The notes beneath the pieces were generated by a model that was given only the letters and a program-made list of their open reading frames with translations, did no database searches and had not been told where the DNA came from. Below are positions 10,060 through 19,283 of a DNA stretch of 64,000 bases, in pieces. The position numbers and the translations under genes are program-made. Position 1 is the first letter of the stretch. The number at the start of each line of letters is the position of its first letter. This stretch comes from a virus (lineage: Duplodnaviria > Caudoviricetes), in the IMG/VR virus record IMGVR_UViG_3300037067_011569, positions 26,362-90,361 of that record; one strand, given 5' to 3'.

Positions 10060-10455
10060 CTATTTTACCGGGGCGGGCAAAGGGACATTAAGAGTGGCTG
10101 CAATATCTTTGATCTTTCCCACTGTTTCGTTGATCTTTGCCAATGCCTTAATAAGTGTTGCTTCTGCTGTTGCAGAATCACCAGAGCCTGTGGCAACAAT
10201 TGCATGATAGCTACCCAAAGCACTCTGGGCTGCTTTTACTGCTGCTTGTGCTGCTACTATTTCAATGGTCTGTCCAGTGTACATAGAAACTGCTGCAATA
10301 ATCAAAGGTGCGTTATTCAATGCCCCACCAACCCACAGATCAGCCCATGTACCAAACGCATCAAGTTTTGTCTGTACTTCAGGTGACCACTTACCAAAAC
10401 TTGCACAACCACTCAACATAAACAATACTGCAACACAACAAATAATCTTTTTCAT
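10060..10455 (-). CDS. Lipoprotein (possible spanin-like)
   Basis: MKK + hydrophobic stretch + LSGC lipobox. Confidence 0.65.
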   Translation of the reverse strand: MKKIICCVAVLFMLSGCASFGKWSPEVQTKLDAFGTWADLWVGGALNNAPLIIAAVSMYTGQTIEIVAAQAAVKAAQSALGSYHAIVATGSGDSATAEATLIKALAKINETVGKIKDIAATLNVPLPAPVK

Positions 10456-10466
10456 GGCATTCTCCT

Positions 10467-10889
10467 TTAAGGGTTATTTCTCTTAATTTGCCTTTGCATT
10501 TCCACAATCAACTGATTTACAGAGTTTGTTAGTTCTCTTTTTTCTCCTCTTTGGAGTTCAAGTATAGCTGCTCTAAGCTCTTTCCTTTCCTCCTCTGATT
10601 TCCTATCAGAGAATTCTAATGAGTCAAGGTGCCTAGCATGTACACTTCCTTGTTCTTTTATTGTAAACACCTTTTCTGTAAGATTCGAAAAATAAGGGTA
10701 AACAGCACCAAATATTCCAACTAAAATAACTGCTGCACCCGCCAAGGCAGCATAGCCCAATCTTAACAACCATTTAACATCCGCACTTATAGTAGCCGTT
10801 CTTTCAGCTACATTTGTTATAATGGCTGTTTGTGGACCATGGAACTCACAAACATCTTTAAAATCTGGAAAGTCTTTTGACTCCGACAT
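10467..10889 (-). CDS. Single-TM coiled-coil protein
   Basis: Central TM (LGYAALAGAAVILVGIFGAVY) and helical C-terminus. Confidence 0.5.
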   Translation of the reverse strand: MSESKDFPDFKDVCEFHGPQTAIITNVAERTATISADVKWLLRLGYAALAGAAVILVGIFGAVYPYFSNLTEKVFTIKEQGSVHARHLDSLEFSDRKSEEERKELRAAILELQRGEKRELTNSVNQLIVEMQRQIKRNNP

Positions 10890-10905
10890 GTTAAATTACT
10901 CCTAA

Positions 10906-11631
10906 TCAAGTACCCCAATAATTACTATCAGCATACTTGTGCAATTCTGGCTTTATCGTTGTTTCGAATATATCAGCGGTAAGATCCAGTTCTTTTCTTC
11001 GAACTTTGCACCTTAACCACTTCTTTTCGATTCTTTCTCTATCCCGAAGATCATCTTTTTCATAATGGATAATATCTGCAACTATATTCTCATTTGACTT
11101 TTGACCAATAAGCACATGATGTGGAGAGTTAATCCATCTTAGTTCTTTATTTCTCCTTATCAACCTGCACTGAAAATCAGGATATTGGCCTATTTGGTGA
11201 GATTCTATAGGCCAACCATCTGCACCAATCATAGCAAAAGGAGACTCTTCATAACGAAGTGGTTCTATTGTTCGTCTTGAAAAGTGAGCTATATCTGTTT
11301 CAAATTTTCTTGACCCTGAATCAATATCAGCTAAAACTTGCTTCAACTCTTCTGACATTCTTTCATCAAAATCAAGGATCATAGCTTTCCTGCCGTGAGG
11401 CACATAAGATAGCGCAATGTTAGACTGACAAGTTTCCATATCAAAATAACTATCAATCCAAGGATGCTGATACACTTCTACTTTAGAAAACTGCTTCAAT
11501 TCTTCAACAGTGTAATCATTGCTGCAACCATCAATAACAATTATTCTTTCTACCCATTTTTCATCATGAAAATTACCGATGCACCTTTTAACATACTTCT
11601 CTTCATTCAAAGATTTAAGCAAAACAATCAT
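10906..11631 (-). CDS. Glycosyltransferase family 2
   Basis: LNEEKYVKRC; IIVIDGCSNDYT; ILDFDE DxD motif. Confidence 0.9.
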   Translation of the reverse strand: MIVLLKSLNEEKYVKRCIGNFHDEKWVERIIVIDGCSNDYTVEELKQFSKVEVYQHPWIDSYFDMETCQSNIALSYVPHGRKAMILDFDERMSEELKQVLADIDSGSRKFETDIAHFSRRTIEPLRYEESPFAMIGADGWPIESHQIGQYPDFQCRLIRRNKELRWINSPHHVLIGQKSNENIVADIIHYEKDDLRDRERIEKKWLRCKVRRKELDLTADIFETTIKPELHKYADSNYWGT

Positions 11632-11634
11632 TTG

Positions 11635-13731
11635 TTATTCTCCTAAGAGATTTTGAATTGCTTTTTTTACTTTCACTGGATGAATAGTATTAATACAAGG
11701 TGTCATACAGGGATTTTTATCTTGCTGTCCCCAACACCCTGAAGTAATAGGACAAACATCAAGTCTATCAGGTTCAAGTATTATTGATCTTGCTCCATGT
11801 TGCATTCTTGGTTGTGTAACTCTAGCAGGAGCAGGTCCAAATATTGCTACAGTGTTTATACCTAATGCACCTGCTAAGTGCATTGGAAATGAATCAACAC
11901 ATACTGCAATATCTGCCATTGACATCACCCATGCAGTTTCACGCCACGTAAGTTTCCCTCTCAAGTCCAACTCAGCAGAACGAACAGGCCAATCATTTTC
12001 ACTGCCGATCTGAATCACAAACAATGCCAATCCTTTTAAAGCGATATCCAAGTGCTTGTACATTCTATACTGTGGTTGCCCACCTGTAGTATGCACAATA
12101 CACATAGGTCTTGCTGTTGCTAATGTATCATCATCAAAAAATTCAGGTTTGGAAATAGTTATTGATATTTCATCAGGATCTACTTTGCAGAAGTATGGAT
12201 ACATACTGTACAAAGTAAAATCAAGGTTGTTCCAACCACCGGGTAGAATCTTTTCTCCATGAGGATTATAGACAATATCATATTGACCAAATTTATTTTT
12301 ATCCCATGATACAATCTTGTCTATATATTTATTCCCTTCAACAATATCCATGAATACTGGTTGTGTCATATAGTGAAGTGGAATATTAGGATGTCTTTCT
12401 TTTATACCCTTAAGGCATTGTGTTGTCATAAGAACATCACCAGCAGAACTATGCTGTGCAAAAAGAATTGCATTTTCTTTACTTGCTACAGTTTCAATTG
12501 TGTTAGGAGCTAATTCAGATAATAAATTATTTATATCTGAAACACCACACAACCAGTTTTGAGCAGTCTTTATGTTGCTTCTACCAATCTCTTCTCTTAT
12601 TTCTTTTGATTCGTATGACATATTCAACATAGCATCAGCTAAAGAATTAATATTACATGCTTTTGTCTCTATATGAGATTGGCCAAAAGCAGTCATGGAA
12701 TGTAAATATGTTAATTCATCACATTCCACTAAGTACTTATCATTCTCAAACAATTCTATATGGGCAGTGTTTTTTGATGCAATAACAGGCGTACCACAAA
12801 GCATTGCATTAAGAATTGTCCAACTCAAACCTTCTTGAAGTGAACAATTAACAAGACAATCAATACCATTATATATCTCAGCCATTTCAGACTCGGGTAA
12901 TGTAAAATCTTGCTTATTAACAGATATTGACCCCGTTCTGATATCATAATCTTGTACTAAAGAATGTATGTTAAACACACCATTAAAATTGGTGTGTAAA
13001 TAGATGTATGTATTATTATTATTTGGATTTACTATCTCACCAAATACCTTAAGAAACCTAGGCAAATCTTTTCTTACTTGGTTCTTGCCTATAAACCCAA
13101 ATATAAAAATATCATCATTTTCTTCACCACCTAAAATCTTTTTTCTTGCGGCGTTCCTTACTTCAGGTGAGTACTTTTTATATAGATCAGAATCGGCAAG
13201 TGGAGGTCTAAAGTAATGAAGATTTTTTACGACATCTTTCAGAGTATTATACCCATATTCACTGTACACACAAGGAACATCAAAGAAATTGAACCACTCA
13301 CACCAATCAGTTCTTAACTTGAGTAAATCGTAAGGAAATATTCCAGACAATTTTATCTTAAACGCCGATCTTAAATCATCCAGTTGTCTAAAAATATAAC
13401 CGTATCTCCAAATATCTAAACCCACAATTACCATCGCATCATACTTAAACTTCTTTATCAATTCCACTATTTGAGAACCACCATAAACTTCATCATTATG
13501 TGGTGTAAAAGGAATTAATAAATAAGGAAGATTTATTGGAGTAGAAGCAATAACAAATTGAGATTTAGTAGGTACAGTAACACCGAAGCAGGTTATTTCG
13601 AATTTAGTATAATCAATGGTACTTAATAGGGAACGCATCATATTCCCATTTCCTGTGAATGCGTAAGGATGATCTCCAACCAGTAAGATACGCTTCTTCA
13701 CCGGACATAACCTCCAAATTTTCTTCACCAA
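11635..13731 (-). CDS. Fused GT4-like + GT9 (heptosyltransferase-like) glycosyltransferase
   Basis: N-half GKNQVRKD...SLQEGLSWTILNAMLCGTPVIAS; C-half SSAGDVLMTT...LRGKLTWRETAWVM...VCVDSFPMHLAGALG...IFGP. Confidence 0.88.
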   Translation of the reverse strand: MVKKIWRLCPVKKRILLVGDHPYAFTGNGNMMRSLLSTIDYTKFEITCFGVTVPTKSQFVIASTPINLPYLLIPFTPHNDEVYGGSQIVELIKKFKYDAMVIVGLDIWRYGYIFRQLDDLRSAFKIKLSGIFPYDLLKLRTDWCEWFNFFDVPCVYSEYGYNTLKDVVKNLHYFRPPLADSDLYKKYSPEVRNAARKKILGGEENDDIFIFGFIGKNQVRKDLPRFLKVFGEIVNPNNNNTYIYLHTNFNGVFNIHSLVQDYDIRTGSISVNKQDFTLPESEMAEIYNGIDCLVNCSLQEGLSWTILNAMLCGTPVIASKNTAHIELFENDKYLVECDELTYLHSMTAFGQSHIETKACNINSLADAMLNMSYESKEIREEIGRSNIKTAQNWLCGVSDINNLLSELAPNTIETVASKENAILFAQHSSAGDVLMTTQCLKGIKERHPNIPLHYMTQPVFMDIVEGNKYIDKIVSWDKNKFGQYDIVYNPHGEKILPGGWNNLDFTLYSMYPYFCKVDPDEISITISKPEFFDDDTLATARPMCIVHTTGGQPQYRMYKHLDIALKGLALFVIQIGSENDWPVRSAELDLRGKLTWRETAWVMSMADIAVCVDSFPMHLAGALGINTVAIFGPAPARVTQPRMQHGARSIILEPDRLDVCPITSGCWGQQDKNPCMTPCINTIHPVKVKKAIQNLLGE

Positions 13732-13742
13732 AAGGGGTGATT

Positions 13743-14369
13743 TTATTGTCTAGTATCTTCCTCTACATTTACAACATCAATATTACTGTAAACCCTTTTC
13801 TTTACAGCAGTTACTTTGAAATACTCACCACTTGCAGGGGAGTATCTATCCATGATCCGAATGCCATAATTAGAAGGAAGATACAACTCGTTTTTTGCAA
13901 TATTCAATTGTGCAAAATCTTGTTGATCCAACTCATTACCAAAGAACGATTCAGTTAGTAATCCGTAAGCAGGTGTCTTTACTGAATTCCATACTGTCTC
14001 TCTATGGTATGTTTGTGTGAACTCCGTATCATCATCTGTGGAAAGAACTTCTCTTAAAATTTCCCCTGAAACATTTGCCTTATACAAAATAGAATCATAT
14101 TTGTATATTTGTCCCTCTAGGTCCAGTCCTTGCTTATGCATAACAAGATATTTGGAATTTAAAGAAGGAACAGATACAACATCCCCTGGTACTACTTGTG
14201 TATCGTAAGACAATTCCGTTTCAAGGAAAAATTCAAGAATGAATGGTTTTGTGACTTGTTTATTTGGCTTATGTCTTAGATATTCACCCGAAATTGTAGT
14301 TGCCCGTAATATGGTAAACGGTGACCCGATTTCCACTAATACTTCTTTGATATCAGGTCCGATTGACAA
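13743..14369 (-). CDS. Putative head closure protein
   Basis: 208 aa after the adaptor-like gene; synteny. Confidence 0.4.
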   Translation of the reverse strand: MSIGPDIKEVLVEIGSPFTILRATTISGEYLRHKPNKQVTKPFILEFFLETELSYDTQVVPGDVVSVPSLNSKYLVMHKQGLDLEGQIYKYDSILYKANVSGEILREVLSTDDDTEFTQTYHRETVWNSVKTPAYGLLTESFFGNELDQQDFAQLNIAKNELYLPSNYGIRIMDRYSPASGEYFKVTAVKKRVYSNIDVVNVEEDTRQ

Positions 14370-14373
14370 CTTT

Positions 14374-14829
14374 TTAATCCTCAGATGAAGGTGTGATTAT
14401 TGTTGCATTAGCATAATCTTCACTGTAAGTTAAATCTCTACCTGTATTCTTCTCATAAACAAAACCTGCATCCATCTTAACACCAAGAGTTCCACCAGCA
14501 GCGACATCATCTGGCATCATGCCACTGCTTTCTTTCTCCCAAGATTCATCCATTTGATCAATCAGTTTGTTGTAATGATCAAATCTGTGCTGAAGATTAA
14601 TTCCATCGACTTTGAATTTATGGGCACTCTCAGTCCTGAGCATAAAATAAAGATGGCGAATAGTTCTATCCTTAATCCACTTTATTTTATAATCAGTTGT
14701 AACAGGGAAAGGCCAACCAGTTTCCATTGAAGCGGTTGATACCGCATTAGTAAAGTCCGCATCCACAAATCTCGTGGAAAGACTTTTCAATTCTTGCTGG
14801 ATTCTAGTTATTAGCTCCCCGCTAGTCAT
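14374..14829 (-). CDS. Putative head-tail adaptor
   Basis: Helical 151 aa protein after the capsid block; synteny. Confidence 0.45.
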   Translation of the reverse strand: MTSGELITRIQQELKSLSTRFVDADFTNAVSTASMETGWPFPVTTDYKIKWIKDRTIRHLYFMLRTESAHKFKVDGINLQHRFDHYNKLIDQMDESWEKESSGMMPDDVAAGGTLGVKMDAGFVYEKNTGRDLTYSEDYANATIITPSSED

Positions 14830-15152
14830 TATTTACGCCTTTTTATCGGTGAAGATTTCGAACTCACTTTCGGAATCTCTACTGCTTTTTCAACCTCTGG
14901 AATGATCACTTCCTTTGATTTTTCTTCTACAACTGCAACAGACTCTTGTTTTACTTCCGCAACCACAGGAACAGATGGTTGGGGTACAGCTTGCTTGAAT
15001 CTCACAAGTACTGTACCCCGATTTAGTGAATGTTCTTCCAAAACTTCTCTTGGTATGTTTGGAGCATAGTACACCATAGGAGTAAAAAGTTTACCCTGGG
15101 GACCAGCTTTTATCGAAACTAACAACCTTGCTTCGACAATTTCTTTTTCCAT
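14829..15152 (-). CDS. Hypothetical protein with acidic tail ending SPIKRRK
   Basis: 107 aa ORF with SD. Confidence 0.6.
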   Translation of the reverse strand: MEKEIVEARLLVSIKAGPQGKLFTPMVYYAPNIPREVLEEHSLNRGTVLVRFKQAVPQPSVPVVAEVKQESVAVVEEKSKEVIIPEVEKAVEIPKVSSKSSPIKRRK

Positions 15153-15170
15153 TGTCGATTACCTTTCTTG

Positions 15171-15656
15171 TTAAGTGGTAGGTTCAACTTCTACAATGAC
15201 ACAAACATTCTGCATCTTTGTAGCAGGGGAAGTTTCACCATAGTAGATAAGGTCCCAAGTAAGTATATCACCTTCAGCAAAAGTATTAGCTGATTGGTTA
15301 ATGACTGCTGCCCTTACCCCTGTATCAGCAGCACTTGTGAAAGTGGTTTTATGCTCAGAAGCAGCACCTGACTTACCGTAGATTCTGGGTTTCGTAGTAA
15401 GACAAGTGGTTCCGTTGATCTTTACATCAACTTCCCCGCTGATAAAAACAGTGGTGTCCCGTCTACCGGACTGCAATGCAGCAATATTAATATCCACAAT
15501 TCGTCCAGCGAAACGAGCTATTCCAAGAGGGATACCGAGTTTATTTATTGCAATCTCTCCTGAAACATTCCCAACAAAAGGAGGGAACACCTCATTTGCA
15601 ACTTGCTGGGGGAAGTTGACCGGTAATGGAAAATACGGTCTTCTTTGATTAGGCAT
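15171..15656 (-). CDS. Putative capsid-associated protein
   Basis: Beta-rich 161 aa directly after the major capsid gene. Confidence 0.45.
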   Translation of the reverse strand: MPNQRRPYFPLPVNFPQQVANEVFPPFVGNVSGEIAINKLGIPLGIARFAGRIVDINIAALQSGRRDTTVFISGEVDVKINGTTCLTTKPRIYGKSGAASEHKTTFTSAADTGVRAAVINQSANTFAEGDILTWDLIYYGETSPATKMQNVCVIVEVEPTT

Positions 15657-15668
15657 TTAATCCCCCTT

Positions 15669-16904
15669 TTATTTTACAGTAAGAACGTAAACACCCTTAG
15701 GTCTGTAAAGAACAGGCAAACCCTTATTCTCTACCATCACATAACGACCTTCAGGATCTTCAACGTCCCAAGACTTTACCTTCATTCCGTACGACCGAGC
15801 AAGACCAAAAGGTGCATTGTAATAACCAGCAATTTGATCCCCTTCAACAGTATTGCAATACATTGCAAACTTGCTTTCGGAGATAAACTTTTTGGTCATT
15901 GAAACGTAATCTTCACCCTTTACATAGCTTGCTACAGGTGCAGTATCAACAGTAACAGTGCCATTTTCAGCAGAAACAGCGGAGATTGTTGAATCTTCAG
16001 AAGTTCCTGCACTTACATCATGGAAAGTAAGCTCTGCACCCACTTCAAAATCAGTTGCATCCTCAACATAAATAGTAACAGTTGAGTTGAGAGTAACAGC
16101 AGCAGTCAGGTAAGTCCTAATTTCGTACATTTCATCATAGACCAGCATATTCGGAATCTGAAAAAGATTCTGAAGTGCAGGAATAGGATTGGTGAGATAC
16201 GCATTAAGACCAGGTTGACCAGCAAAACCAGAGTTGGCCATGATCTGAAGAATCCCCTTGTCCTGCTGGAGAAGCTTCAAAACCTCAGAAGTAAAAATAG
16301 CGTGAGTAACCTGTGCAGCGGCTTTATTCTGAAGATACAATCTTGCATCTGCAATGTCATCCACGATATCTCTATTGGTACCAGAATCCCACTTTCTGTC
16401 AGCGGCAAGGGTTACGAGGTGAGCAGAAGGAACACTGTAATCAACAGATACCTTTACTTCACCACGACCCAGATACTCAAAAGAACCTTCAGTCATCATC
16501 TTGCAGAACATCCATTCTTTTCTGCGGTCACAACGATTCCTGAGGTTTTTGGTTTCCTGTGCAACCTTACGAGCAGCAGGCATATAAGTCTGACGACTAC
16601 CTACCTGACGGAGATTGTTAAGAAAAACTTCATCAAAGAAGAGTTTTTCCTTCCAATAAGCGGCCATCGCTCTACCGGCCCCGTGACCAGTAAGACTTGT
16701 TTCTTTCGCAGGTGAACCGGGAGCAGCAAACGGAGTAAGTCCCCTGGTGCCCACAATGCTTTCCCATTCAATGCTATCAGATTCATTATTCTCTGAAGGA
16801 AAAGCAGTCATAAAATGAAGATTCGGTGGTGTCATATAACTTTCAATAGTCTTCTTCAACACCACTAGCCTGAGATCAGCAATATCAGAAGCGCCTTTAG
16901 GCAT
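15669..16904 (-). CDS. Major capsid protein (lambda gpE-like) with inserted beta domain
   Basis: GLTPFAAPGSP, RCDRRKEWM, GLPVLYRP segments typical of gpE-like capsids; strong GGAGGTG SD; position after the decoration gene. Confidence 0.85.
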   Translation of the reverse strand: MPKGASDIADLRLVVLKKTIESYMTPPNLHFMTAFPSENNESDSIEWESIVGTRGLTPFAAPGSPAKETSLTGHGAGRAMAAYWKEKLFFDEVFLNNLRQVGSRQTYMPAARKVAQETKNLRNRCDRRKEWMFCKMMTEGSFEYLGRGEVKVSVDYSVPSAHLVTLAADRKWDSGTNRDIVDDIADARLYLQNKAAAQVTHAIFTSEVLKLLQQDKGILQIMANSGFAGQPGLNAYLTNPIPALQNLFQIPNMLVYDEMYEIRTYLTAAVTLNSTVTIYVEDATDFEVGAELTFHDVSAGTSEDSTISAVSAENGTVTVDTAPVASYVKGEDYVSMTKKFISESKFAMYCNTVEGDQIAGYYNAPFGLARSYGMKVKSWDVEDPEGRYVMVENKGLPVLYRPKGVYVLTVK

Positions 16905-16926
16905 ATTATTTCACCTCCTCCCTCAA

Positions 16927-17634
16927 TTATTTAAGGATCAAGTATTGACCATCTTGTTCAGCACCATTACCAAGATCGGTAACAGCGGCACTGTCGATGT
17001 TTTCAAGCATACCATAATGAAGAATTGCATTGGTTACAATTCTTACACCATGTCCACCCTTTGCATTTGCCCCAACACCAGTATCAACAGCAAATTCAAG
17101 AATGCCTGCCGCCTTACTGTAGGTATTTGCATTCTCAGTATCAATACAAATGTGTGCTTTATTAGCGGCGGTATGACTAACAGAAATAGTACCTGTTACT
17201 GTTATTGCCGCACGGGACTTATCAGTTGTTACATCAATAGCACTGATAGTCAACTGGTAAGGAGTGCCACCAGCAGAATCAAGTACTATAACATCATCAA
17301 CTGCAAACTTATAGGAATCATCTATAGTGGTGTAAAGAGTCTGACCCGTGCCAGAATCAGCTACAAGATAAGCTCTTGCACCATGCCATGAAATAGCAAC
17401 ATCAGAGGCAAGATTAGGATTAGGATTGTAAGGAGCCCAATAACCTGCTCTATCACCCGCCTGAATCTTACCAATGACTGTGCCTTGAGGAATTACACCA
17501 AACCCAGGTACAAGCTGAAGATCAAGAGTAAGTGCCAATTCGCGCTTACTCCTGTACAATCGCTTATAGTCTTGTCCATCCTGGGTGTAAATATAAGGAG
17601 TATCTCCCTGATGGGTAACCAACGATCCTGCCAT
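16927..17634 (-). CDS. Head decoration protein (gpD-like) with inserted domain
   Basis: GTVIGKI...WAPY...AAGIL...GVRIVTNA pattern; between protease and capsid. Confidence 0.7.
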   Translation of the reverse strand: MAGSLVTHQGDTPYIYTQDGQDYKRLYRSKRELALTLDLQLVPGFGVIPQGTVIGKIQAGDRAGYWAPYNPNPNLASDVAISWHGARAYLVADSGTGQTLYTTIDDSYKFAVDDVIVLDSAGGTPYQLTISAIDVTTDKSRAAITVTGTISVSHTAANKAHICIDTENANTYSKAAGILEFAVDTGVGANAKGGHGVRIVTNAILHYGMLENIDSAAVTDLGNGAEQDGQYLILK

Positions 17635-17660
17635 AATCTACCACCTCTCTTTCTATTTTA

Positions 17661-19283
17661 TTATTTCGCCAGTTTCAAGTTTCTTTTGACAATAACATCT
17701 TCCTCAGCGGTAAGATCACGATCTTGATCATTAAGATCAATATCTTCACCATCTACTTCTTTGGAAGCAGTACCGAACCCAAGAACCGAAGACTGAGTAG
17801 TTGTAAAACTACCTTCCCAATCCTTGATCTTTTCGTCAATTGCTGCTGAGAAGCCTGCTACATCAAGAACACATTCCTTAATATAATCATCTGCCTTTAC
17901 AATGGCTTTCAGATCATCATGTCGCCTTGAAGGAATGTTGCTCTTTGTGAGTTTCTTAGTCCAGATAGAGTCAACAGTAGCAGTAAGCTCTCTTTCAGAA
18001 CGAAGGATATCTTTCTCCTTCAGCTTGGAATTTTCTGCTTTGAGCATCTTATTATCATCCTCAATAGCATCCAAGCGGTCCTTCAGAGAGTTGAACTGTT
18101 GATCGGAAGAAGATTTAGCTTCTTCCAGTATCTGCTGGACAAGTTCAGGATGATTTGCTTTCAACTCTTTCAAATCCATAGTTTTATTACCTCCTTCTTT
18201 TTCGGTATGTGTTTCTGAAACACTTAGCTGAGAACTTGTGAGATTAATTACTTCCACAGTGAAGCTTGCACTTGCAGAATTATTATCTGCCTTCCTTGTT
18301 GAATCAATTCTACTCCTCAACCTTTCCATTGCTACTTCTCTTGTACCTATATGATCAATTAGCCCTATATCCCTAGCCTGAGCACCAATGAATATTTTTC
18401 CTTCTGCCATCTTCATTGTATCCTCAGACGATGCCCCTCTATTACTAGCCACATCATCAACAAATATCTTGTAGTAAGTATCCAACATGTCTTGAATATA
18501 CGACTTTCCTTCTTCACTAAGTGGTTCATCGGAATTGGCGAGTCTTTTGTACTTACCTGAATAAATGTGAGTCTTTTTAACTCCCATTTCTTCATTTCGT
18601 CTACTATAATCATTGTGTACAGCAGCAACACCAATTGAACCTGCTTGTGACAGATCGGTTCCTACTATCTCAGATGCAGCAGAACTAACCCAATAAGCAG
18701 CAGAGGCGATAAGTCCATCTGTAAAAGCAACAATAGGTTTAATATCTCTTGCTTCTTTTACATAATCTGCAAGCTCTTTTGTTCCCTCTACAGCACCACC
18801 GGGTGAATCAACATCAAGGAATATGCCTTTAACATCAGGATCTTCTATTGCCGCTTGAATATGTGTTCTAAGTAGTTGTGTGGAAGTGCCCCCACTAAAC
18901 TCTGAAAACATATTCATTCTTTTGCTCATTACACCATAAATAGGAATAGTAGCAATTCCATTATCAAGTGTGTAATGGTCATTTGCTCTATACCCACTTC
19001 TACCTTCCCTATATGCTTCTATATCAGCTAGTTTGGTAGTAGTGTATCTTTCCACCAATAGTGCATTTATTTCTTCAAGTTTCTCAGGTACAATAGCACA
19101 AGGGGTATTTTGAAAGGTGTCGAGAATAATACTCCCTGTACTTTTCTCTTTCTTGTTCTGTTCCCACTTAGATTCACAGATAGCTCTAGCTTGATCAGGT
19201 TTGTATCCCTCTTTGTTGATCAAATCAGAGGTACATCTGTTGATATAATCCTGTTTCTTTTCGCCCTTATTCGGTGTAGGCAT
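17661..19283 (-). CDS. S49 family prohead protease fused to scaffold
   Basis: LDVDSPGG, ASAAYWVSSA, GSIGV, SGKYK motifs; coiled-coil C-terminus. Confidence 0.92.
   Translation of the reverse strand: MPTPNKGEKKQDYINRCTSDLINKEGYKPDQARAICESKWEQNKKEKSTGSIILDTFQNTPCAIVPEKLEEINALLVERYTTTKLADIEAYREGRSGYRANDHYTLDNGIATIPIYGVMSKRMNMFSEFSGGTSTQLLRTHIQAAIEDPDVKGIFLDVDSPGGAVEGTKELADYVKEARDIKPIVAFTDGLIASAAYWVSSAASEIVGTDLSQAGSIGVAAVHNDYSRRNEEMGVKKTHIYSGKYKRLANSDEPLSEEGKSYIQDMLDTYYKIFVDDVASNRGASSEDTMKMAEGKIFIGAQARDIGLIDHIGTREVAMERLRSRIDSTRKADNNSASASFTVEVINLTSSQLSVSETHTEKEGGNKTMDLKELKANHPELVQQILEEAKSSSDQQFNSLKDRLDAIEDDNKMLKAENSKLKEKDILRSERELTATVDSIWTKKLTKSNIPSRRHDDLKAIVKADDYIKECVLDVAGFSAAIDEKIKDWEGSFTTTQSSVLGFGTASKEVDGEDIDLNDQDRDLTAEEDVIVKRNLKLAK

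Noticed and set aside
90-16715. Numerous plus-strand ORFs over the late operon
   Set aside because: Antisense to tightly packed minus-strand genes with recognisable motifs
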